Shown piece after piece: positions 35,631-44,100 of a DNA stretch of 64,000 bases. Below the pieces are notes generated by a model. The model saw only the letters and a list, made by a program, of their open reading frames with translations, did not search any database and was not told where the DNA came from. Numbering within the stretch: position 1 is the stretch's first letter; each line of letters begins with the position of its first letter. Source of the DNA: Patescibacteria group bacterium (GTDB taxonomy: Bacteria; Patescibacteriota; Patescibacteriia; Patescibacteriales; UBA12465); contig JBAZKQ010000001.1 of assembly GCA_041650715.1 (NCBI GenBank), positions 6,945 to 70,944 of the forward strand. The letters run 5' to 3'. Both the position numbers and the translations under genes were made by a program.

Positions 35631-38600
35631 GGAGGAACGATTAACGGTAACGGGGGCAGCGGCTGTATTAGCGGCGAGATTCAGTCTTGCGGCTGCGGCG
35701 GTTCAATGGCTTGCAGTAATGGCACCTGGGGAGGATGCATCGGTTCAAATTTACAAAATTGTATTACTCCTCCGACCAGCTGTGATTCAAGTCCAAATCC
35801 GGGCTGCCAAGCAGTCGATCAAATTTGTGCTGCCGGATATTTTTGCGATAATACCTGTCTTTGTCAGACGCAAGGAAATTTGGGCGACTCCTGCGACGCT
35901 GATTCCAGTAATTTAACTTGCGATGCGGACAATACTCGTTGTTCCGAATATTTAACCTGTAATCCGGAGACATGCTTGTGCGCCGGTCCGCCCGTTATTA
36001 CCGGGCTTAGTCCCGTCGGTGGTTTTTGCGAACACGCTCCAAGCACGCCTTGTGCGCAAGATTCTGATTGCGGCGGCGATACCTGTAATTTAAGCGCGGC
36101 GAACGGAGCGGCGGATAATTTTATTACTATTTTCGGGAAAAACTTCGGCGATTATTCTGCGACCACGAGCCAAGTAGTTTTTCAGGGCAGTAGTAATCCC
36201 GTAAACGCAGCCTTGCCGGCTACGGTAAATCCCTTATGTGTAAATTCCTGGAGGGATGACCAGATTGTCGTTGCCGTGCCCGCCGGCGTTCAGTCCGGAC
36301 CGATTGAAGTCATTAATAAAGATAGTCTAACTGACGCGACGGCTGATAGTTATGGCCCGAAGTTAGATGATTTTGTAAATAATAATATTAACCGCCCCGG
36401 TCTTTGTTATTTAGATCCGAATCAAGGAACTTTAAGTTCTGCGGTTTCTTATGAAGGGGTTAATCTGTATTCCGGTCAGGCTTATTTTGGAAATTATCAA
36501 AGTAATGTCCGCGCTTTAGATTCAAGTTTTACTAATCCGGCCGGTTTGTCAGGCACAGCAGCGACGCCCAATATCCAGCCGGGCGTGTCGGGTAGTTTTG
36601 TTGAAAGTAAGATAGCTAATTTCCCGCAAAAAAGTAATTTTCTTAAATTCACCAAAGATCACGAAGTCGGTGAAGGCCCTTATATTGTTTCTTTTTCGCC
36701 GAGCATCGGTAATGGCGGCCAATATGTAACTATTAAAGGTGCCGGCTTCGGCGGAGCCCAAGGCACAAGCCATGTATATTTTGCCAGCGGGGCAAGTAAG
36801 ACGGAAGCGGCCTATGATTTTCCGGCCATTTGCGCCAACTCGGTTTGGAAAGATAGCCAGATTATTGTTAAGGTGCCGAGTACCTTGGGCGATGATAGCT
36901 ACCAAATTCAGGTAGCCATTGGTTCGACAACTATCACGACGCAAAATTTAAATCCCAATGCTTTTATTTTTGATCATAACTCAAGCTTAAAAACAAGCTT
37001 ATGTAAAATCGACCCCGAGCAGGGGCCGATGGCTACTCCGATTACTTTATGGGGAGAATATTTTGGCGCGGTCGGCAGTAATGGTTTAGTGCGTTTTAAT
37101 TATAATCAAGACGCAAGCGGTCCGATTACAAAAGAGAACGACGCGAATATTATTGAAACACAAGTTCCCGCCGCTGCGGTCACCGGGCCGGTTAAAGTTA
37201 TAAAAAATAATGAAGCGGGTAATGACTTAAATTTTTCGGTGGCGGAGTGTACGAGTAATGAAGAATGCAATAATCAAGTTTGCTGCCCAGCGAATACCTA
37301 TAAAAAGGGGCAGTGTGTTTCTGATCTTGATCAATGCTTTGTAAATATTCCAACTTCAGTTTTTGAATGGGGTTTCAGCACCAGTTTTGAGGCCACGACC
37401 ACGCCGAATTTCGATAGTTGTTTGGGGTTATCAAAATATCTTGGCACTTGCTATCAAGGCGCTTCATGCCCGAATAGCCCCGGGGCCTGCTCATCACCGG
37501 GTACTAATTATCAAAAAATTGTCGGTTCTTGCGATATCAGTTGCCAAAATGCGCCCGGCTGTACCGCCACTACTTGTACATATAATGTAGCGCTTGATAA
37601 ATGCGTGCAAAATATTGCCAGCGGGGTTTGCGATTTAGAGAAATCAATTACCTTTCCGGCTTCGGCTTATTCATTCACAGTTGGGCCGGATGCTTATACT
37701 ACCAAGGAAAGCTGTAATTCGGACGGCAAATGGGAAATAGTTTCGCCAACTTCTTGCCCAATCGGCTGGACACGCACCAGTGGCGACCATTGTATTCAGG
37801 ACAACGCTACGTGCGCTCTTTGTGGCGCCAATTTAAGTTGTAATGAGGTAAATACTCAGGGCCGTTGTGTTTCCGCTAAAATCTGTGCCGACAAGGATGC
37901 GAAATGTATTGATAACCCGATCGGGAGCGAAGCGGATAATTGTATTGTTGAAGTCGCGCCGAGTTGCGAATGCTGTTGCCGGATTGGGAAAGATGCTGAA
38001 GATTGTTGTGCGCCGCTTACCTGTGCCGGAAAGTGTGGATCAGATATAACCAATAATACAAATACTTACGGCTCTTGCTCCGGTTGCGCTGCCGTCGGAA
38101 CGACAGCCGCCGATCACGATGCCGCCTGCAATTGTTCGGGCCACGCCTCACAGTTTTGTGACATTAGTTCAGACCATCCGGCCGGTATTTGCACGGATTG
38201 CTCAGGCATAACGAGTCAGGAAACTTGCGGTGATCATTCTTCTGCCTGCTGCTTTGATTCAAATAAAACCGCGACGACGACTGATGATATTTGTCGGGGG
38301 ACTAATGGTGGAGCGGTCGTGAGCACTGATAAAAATAGTGATAATTATGGATATTGCGGTTACTATAACTGTTTCAGTACGAGCACCCCGCCAATTGGCG
38401 ATCCTCTGGTTTGTGCATCGACGACGCCGCTAAAAATTGGTTTTTTCAAAAATGTAAATACTTGCGTCGGCGACTGTCCGGCGGGAATCGGTAGCGACCC
38501 GTGCCGCGCCTTCGATAAAAATCAGGTTACTTGCTCTAATGAAAGTAATTGCTGCTTTGATGCGAGCTCCACTAATTGCTTATCGGGCAGCCAAATTTCG

Positions 38601-41087
38601 GGCGGAGCGAATGACGGTTACTGCGCTTATTATGATTGCGAAACTCCTCCCGGCAATCCTTTATTATGTAACCCGACGCCAACGACGACGCCAAAATTTG
38701 CGAGCACTTCTACTTGCGCAACCAGTTGCGCCAATCCCCCGGGTGGTGCGGGCTTAGACTGTGCTAACCAAACAGCCACTTCAACTTGTAATTTTGGTTT
38801 ATGTAATTTTGCCGGATTTGCTTGTCTACTCGATACCGGTGAGGGCGGTGCTTATCCATCCTGCGGAACTTGCTGTTGCCAGGTTGGTGAGACGCCTGAT
38901 TCTTGCGCCACTGCCTTAACCCCTAATTTACATTGCCAGGCCGATAAAGGCTCATGTTCTGGTGCGGGTCGCGGTTTGTGTTGCGGCTGTTCAGAAGATA
39001 GTGATTGCGGATCAATTAGTACGACGGGTTGCGGCGGCGATACTTGTTGCGAAGCGCGACCGAAGGTTGTAACGACTGAGCCGGCAGCGGCCGCCACTAA
39101 TGTTTGTCGAAACGCGGCGCTAAAGATTAGCTTTAACGAGAACATGGATTTAAGCAGTTTCGGGAATAACTTTTTATTGCTTGAAGAAAAAGCTTACGGT
39201 AGCGGCGTTTGCCCGAACGGCACTTATGTTACCGATAATCGTTTAGTTGAAGATTTACTTAACGCAAATAATAAAAACTTAGTGGCGCGCTTGTGGGATA
39301 AATTAAGTTTGTCCGTACGTCATTTATTTGTTCGTTCAAGCGAGCAAGCTTTGGCCACCCCGCCGGATCCGGCGAAATTATATTGTGCAGTTCCGGGAGC
39401 GGTTAGCGCCGTCGAGAACGGTTCACAAACCGATTTAATTTTTACACCGGTTAGATTATTGGCGCCCGCCACAAAATATTATGCTATCGTTAAGGGCGAC
39501 GAAGCGCTTAATAGTAAGAGTGGTATTTTAAGCATCTCCGGAATCGGCCTTAATGAAACTGGCCTTGATGAAGGCGACGGAACTTTTGTCGCCAGTGCCG
39601 CGGTTAAATTTAACGATCGCGCTTATTTAAATTCTTATAGTTTTGAATTTAGTACCTTATCTGATCAGGGTTTGAACGGAGGCGTTTGCGCGGTTGATCA
39701 TGTCAGCATAAATCCAGCCTCATATTTATTTAAAACAACAAAAAATGATTTAAATGAAGTTGATACGGATATTACCAATAAGACTTTTGATACCAAGGCA
39801 GACCGCGATAAAGTGTTGACGGCGGGTGCCTATAGCGCCGACGATCAGTTGCTTTTCCCGGTAGCCGGTTATAATTGGGATTGGAATTGGGTCGCAGATA
39901 ATAACAGTGCGGTTACTTTGACTGATTTAAGCACCCTGAATGCCCCGCTCGGTATCAGTGTTGCTAATCGTCGCTTAGTGGCAGCCAAGCCGGATATTAG
40001 TGACGCCCAAACAAAAGTTTATGCCACGGTTAATATGGACGCTTACCGCCCGACCGCTGCTTGCGGCAACGCGTGTAATGCTTATTTTAGCGGAGACGGT
40101 GAAACAAAAGCCAGCGATGTTTATGTATTTATTTGTGATAATCCTTGGCCGGCTATCGCCTGGAACGGAACTTGGTTTCCTTGGAACGACGTGGCCAGTA
40201 ATTGTTCGGTCAATCCCGCTAATTGTGAAAATTATAATTATAAATTTTATTATTGCCGTGATGCCGGCGGCGCCGGGACTTTGGATGACTTACCGGCGAT
40301 AAATAACACGCCTGTCGTTCGGGGCCAGGGAAGCACACTACTTTGCAGTTCTGATAAGACACCATGTTCAAGTGTAAATTCACCTTGCGGCGTTGATCAA
40401 AATGGCGACGGCAGCCCGGATGGTTTATGTTTCTGGAATGTTTTGAAAGAATCTTATTTTTTCCGAGAAACAGTTTTATCCTCTGTTGAATTTATTTCTG
40501 CGCTCGACACGCAAAAGGGAGGCGAAATTCAATTAAAATGGAATTCTCCCGATACGGCCACCGCCTACAAAATTTATTATCAAAAAGCAGGAAGCGGTAC
40601 GATGTATTCCAAGGAACTCACGACAAGTAGCTCCTGTTATTTGAATGGATCGACTTATGTTTGTGGAACTAATATTATCGATTTAATTAATGATCAGCCC
40701 TATATTTTTAAGTTGACTGTTATTTCGGCCAATAGAACTGAAAGTGCTTTATCAAGCGGGATTACCGCTACGCCGACCGATCAATCAAAGCCACATAAGC
40801 CGAGCAAACCGATTGAAGATATTAGAGCCAAGGCAAATGAGATAAATTTCAGTTGGGCCGCCAACCCGATTAGCGACAAGGTAGCTTTCTATAGACTTTA
40901 TCGCGGGGTAGTGAGCGGCGTCTATGGCGAGTCTTTCGATTCTGCTCCGGGTGCCACAAGTCTAACTTTTCCTCTTGATAAATTTCCTCAAAGCATAAAT
41001 TATTTTGCCCTGACTGCCATTGGCACAAATAATCATGAAAGTGATAAGTCCAATGAGTTAACTGTTGATCTGGGCAACATAAAATAA
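35265..41087 (+). CDS. Giant surface protein B: VirB2/TrbC-like hairpin + ~1100-aa cysteine-rich region + IPT/TIG, Ig-like and FN3-like domains
   Basis: 1940 aa with a GTG start, so the exact start is uncertain. The N-terminus is paralogous to protein A (LILYSGFLWMTSAGDEDKISTAKNILKNGIIGLLIILSSWAIATFIL). I count about 120 Cys by hand. IPT/TIG-like signatures are PVITGLSPVGG...ITIFGKNFG, PYIVSFSPSIGNGGQYVTIKGAGFG and CKIDPEQGPMATPITLWGEYFG. FN3-like signatures are IQLKWNSPDTATAYKIYYQ and INFSWAANPISDKVAFYRLYRG. Confidence 0.8.
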   Translation: MKLVSKKIAKKFLVLSLLMAGLLFARYILAADFGTNAVSNGLGGSLAAGDPRELIGRIINIALGILGTVAVGLILYSGFLWMTSAGDEDKISTAKNILKNGIIGLLIILSSWAIATFILNQLGGTINGNGGSGCISGEIQSCGCGGSMACSNGTWGGCIGSNLQNCITPPTSCDSSPNPGCQAVDQICAAGYFCDNTCLCQTQGNLGDSCDADSSNLTCDADNTRCSEYLTCNPETCLCAGPPVITGLSPVGGFCEHAPSTPCAQDSDCGGDTCNLSAANGAADNFITIFGKNFGDYSATTSQVVFQGSSNPVNAALPATVNPLCVNSWRDDQIVVAVPAGVQSGPIEVINKDSLTDATADSYGPKLDDFVNNNINRPGLCYLDPNQGTLSSAVSYEGVNLYSGQAYFGNYQSNVRALDSSFTNPAGLSGTAATPNIQPGVSGSFVESKIANFPQKSNFLKFTKDHEVGEGPYIVSFSPSIGNGGQYVTIKGAGFGGAQGTSHVYFASGASKTEAAYDFPAICANSVWKDSQIIVKVPSTLGDDSYQIQVAIGSTTITTQNLNPNAFIFDHNSSLKTSLCKIDPEQGPMATPITLWGEYFGAVGSNGLVRFNYNQDASGPITKENDANIIETQVPAAAVTGPVKVIKNNEAGNDLNFSVAECTSNEECNNQVCCPANTYKKGQCVSDLDQCFVNIPTSVFEWGFSTSFEATTTPNFDSCLGLSKYLGTCYQGASCPNSPGACSSPGTNYQKIVGSCDISCQNAPGCTATTCTYNVALDKCVQNIASGVCDLEKSITFPASAYSFTVGPDAYTTKESCNSDGKWEIVSPTSCPIGWTRTSGDHCIQDNATCALCGANLSCNEVNTQGRCVSAKICADKDAKCIDNPIGSEADNCIVEVAPSCECCCRIGKDAEDCCAPLTCAGKCGSDITNNTNTYGSCSGCAAVGTTAADHDAACNCSGHASQFCDISSDHPAGICTDCSGITSQETCGDHSSACCFDSNKTATTTDDICRGTNGGAVVSTDKNSDNYGYCGYYNCFSTSTPPIGDPLVCASTTPLKIGFFKNVNTCVGDCPAGIGSDPCRAFDKNQVTCSNESNCCFDASSTNCLSGSQISGGANDGYCAYYDCETPPGNPLLCNPTPTTTPKFASTSTCATSCANPPGGAGLDCANQTATSTCNFGLCNFAGFACLLDTGEGGAYPSCGTCCCQVGETPDSCATALTPNLHCQADKGSCSGAGRGLCCGCSEDSDCGSISTTGCGGDTCCEARPKVVTTEPAAAATNVCRNAALKISFNENMDLSSFGNNFLLLEEKAYGSGVCPNGTYVTDNRLVEDLLNANNKNLVARLWDKLSLSVRHLFVRSSEQALATPPDPAKLYCAVPGAVSAVENGSQTDLIFTPVRLLAPATKYYAIVKGDEALNSKSGILSISGIGLNETGLDEGDGTFVASAAVKFNDRAYLNSYSFEFSTLSDQGLNGGVCAVDHVSINPASYLFKTTKNDLNEVDTDITNKTFDTKADRDKVLTAGAYSADDQLLFPVAGYNWDWNWVADNNSAVTLTDLSTLNAPLGISVANRRLVAAKPDISDAQTKVYATVNMDAYRPTAACGNACNAYFSGDGETKASDVYVFICDNPWPAIAWNGTWFPWNDVASNCSVNPANCENYNYKFYYCRDAGGAGTLDDLPAINNTPVVRGQGSTLLCSSDKTPCSSVNSPCGVDQNGDGSPDGLCFWNVLKESYFFRETVLSSVEFISALDTQKGGEIQLKWNSPDTATAYKIYYQKAGSGTMYSKELTTSSSCYLNGSTYVCGTNIIDLINDQPYIFKLTVISANRTESALSSGITATPTDQSKPHKPSKPIEDIRAKANEINFSWAANPISDKVAFYRLYRGVVSGVYGESFDSAPGATSLTFPLDKFPQSINYFALTAIGTNNHESDKSNELTVDLGNIK

Positions 41088-41102
41088 ATATAATTTTGAT
41101 GT

Positions 41103-44100
41103 ATGAAAAAAGCTAAACTGGCTATCTTTTTTGGATTTTTTATAATCGCGACACTTTTTTTTGTTTATCGAGAAAGTTTCGCCCAATCGGCCGGTACCAG
41201 TGATGCCATTGGGGTGCGCATCATCCCTAACCCCAACCACTATAGCGTATACCGCTGGTATGATAGCCAGGGCTTTTCCGGTTCGCCGCAAGCGCTGGCT
41301 GTCGACGGCTATGAAGCGATTCGTGACGGCCGCACCGTCTATGTTAACGCCGCTAACGTCAAGGGGAAATCAATCTATACCAACATTTATTTAATCTCAT
41401 ATAACCAAGACCCCTCCCCCAAAACAGTGGATATTCTCGGACAAATCGTGAAGAATTGGAAATTCAATAGTGATTTGATTGAGGCCAGTAACCCCGGACC
41501 CCAGTGCACTATCTCTGCTCTGTCTTGTGCGAGTGACAAAGATTGTGATAGTACTCAACTTTGTGCGACGAGCGGTATTGCTTCCAGTTCCTGCCAACTC
41601 AAGACCGCCCTTAACTGTACAAGTGATGATGATTGCCCGGATAATTTTTTCTGCAGCAGCGTTAAAGCCAAAATCATTCGGGACATAAATAGAATCGGCA
41701 AAACTGAAGAACTCAAAGATGCTCTCTACGCCTATAAGTCGGTTAACGGCAGTTATCCGCGTTTATCAGCCGGCTCTTATCTGAGCGGCTATACGATGTC
41801 GGTCTGGCCCAGCTGGCAAAATACTTTCTTGCCCGCTCTCGCCACCGCCCAAAATATTGTTGATCCCATTAACCGTTTAGGCGCTTGTGCGGGCTACGAC
41901 GCCAAAACCTGTTGGAGTGAAAGCGCACAAAGATTCTTCATGGCTCCGACCAACTCCTATCTCCCGCTTCCGGCCGGGAGCTACGGCTTTGTCTATAAAA
42001 CAGACCTGACCGGCTCGGACTATAATTTATGTGCCGTTATGGAGACCCGTGAGGCCACTGCTCTTTTGGGTTTCCAATTCGCGCCCAATAATCCTACGGT
42101 CTCAAGTTGCGTGACCGCGACCGGCATTATTTCAGATGGTGGTATCACGAATAGCGCTCCCGTCTTAATAGAATCATATTTAACCGGCGAAGCCGATCAA
42201 GAATTTAACGGTTCAGTTAAAGTAATTGACGCCGAAGATAACCCTTTAGTTTGGGCCCTTAATACTTCGGGCCAGAGTTGGAGCGGTTGGCCGAGCGCCC
42301 CCGTGCTAAAAGACACGAGCAATTTAAATCAAAAGAAAGTCTATGCCCCCTTAGCCGGCAGTCCTGGGACCTATACCACCCGGCTAACCGTTTATGATAA
42401 TCTGGGCGCAGTGATGAGTACAATTACGCCCCTTGTAATTATTAACCCCAAACCGCTCATTGAGGCGGATGACGGCGTCTATACGCTTAACCCGAAAATA
42501 CCTTTTTCCTATTCTTTCTATTTCTCGGATAATAATTTAGCCGCGCCGGCCTCAGCCTTTAGCTTCATTAAATTAAGTGGAGCCAGTAACCTAACCCTGG
42601 CTGGCTTTTCCTCTTCGCTTGTTCCGGCCGGCCATAACCGCTATCAGGTTACTTACCAAGGAACTATCCCCACAACGAGCAAATTCTATAGCGACAGCGA
42701 CTACTTATATCGCGTGACGGTGCGTGATAAATATAACGCGACAACAACTAAAGATATCAAAATCACCCTCAAAATAGAGGCCCCCGTATTGAGTTTCGAT
42801 TGCCCGCCCGCTTCACGTCTCGGTCAAGCATATACTTGTCTCTTGGGTTCGACTAAACAGGGCGACCATACTATTAGCTATAGCGCCACTAATTTGCCCG
42901 CTGGAATTTCAATCGCGACCGCCTCAACGAGTTTAGTCTCTCTCATTGGCACCACCAATACTCTCGGTAGCCAAGAACTCAAGATATTAGGGACTAATGA
43001 ATACGGGGCGACCTCAAGCCGAGCTTTTACTCTCAAAGTGAATAGCTATTGCGGCGACGGCCTCAAACAAATCCCTAACTCGGAAGGCCGCGGTGGTATC
43101 TATAATGACGGCTATGAAGATTGTGACGGCAGTGCCGGAGTTTCTGTAAACTCTGGTGTCCCGGTTGTGAGTGCTGACCCAACCCTACAATATGCTTGCA
43201 GCACCTATAGCAGCGGCACCCCCTATCCGATACCGAATAATAATTATTGTATTTTCAAATCAGCTATTGATGGTGGCGGCTACTGCGGTGATGGCTTTTG
43301 CCAAAGTCTAATTAATTATAATGGCACTGAATATCCTCTCGAAAATTATACTAATTGTATTGCCGATTGTGACCCGACTTGCGTCCCCAGCTGTGTCGGC
43401 AGTGTCTGCGGCGACGATGGTTGTGGCGGGACCTGTGGGTCTTGCGGCTCTGATAAATGCATTCACGGCAAATGCGTCGTGGCGGCACCAGGTTGCAGCG
43501 CCTGCGGCGATAGTGTTTGCGCGGGAAGCGAAACGGCAACTTCTTGCCCCTTTGATTGTACTTATGGAGCTTGTCTAAAAGACAGCGACGCCTTGAGCGC
43601 CGATCAACTTTGTCTACTCCCCATTAGTCCCGGCAATTGCGATAGCGTTCACTGTGTTTGGCAGACTAATCATTGTGAGCCCAGATATCCCAGCCCGAGT
43701 GTAGAGGATTGTAACGCCCTCTCGACTGAGGATTCTTGTAACGGTCCGATTTACGGCTGTGTTTGGGATCCGACTGCCCACAAAAATTACTTATGGTGTG
43801 GCGACGGACAATGTACCGCTGAAAATGGTGAAAACTCGACTTGCTGCAGCGCCGATTGCGGCCTACCGGCTGATACCGCTAAACCAATTGTGATGACTTT
43901 TAATATTCCTTCGACCTCCTCTCTTCTGACAATACCGATTCTTGCTTTCACCGCTTCTGACAACACCGCGGTTATCGGTTACGCCCTAACCGAGACAGCC
44001 CTGGCTCCGGCCGTTAATTCCAGTGCCTGGAAAATAATTGCGCCGACCAGTTATACTTTTGCCTCCGCCGGCTCTAAAACTTTATATGCTTGGGCCATTG

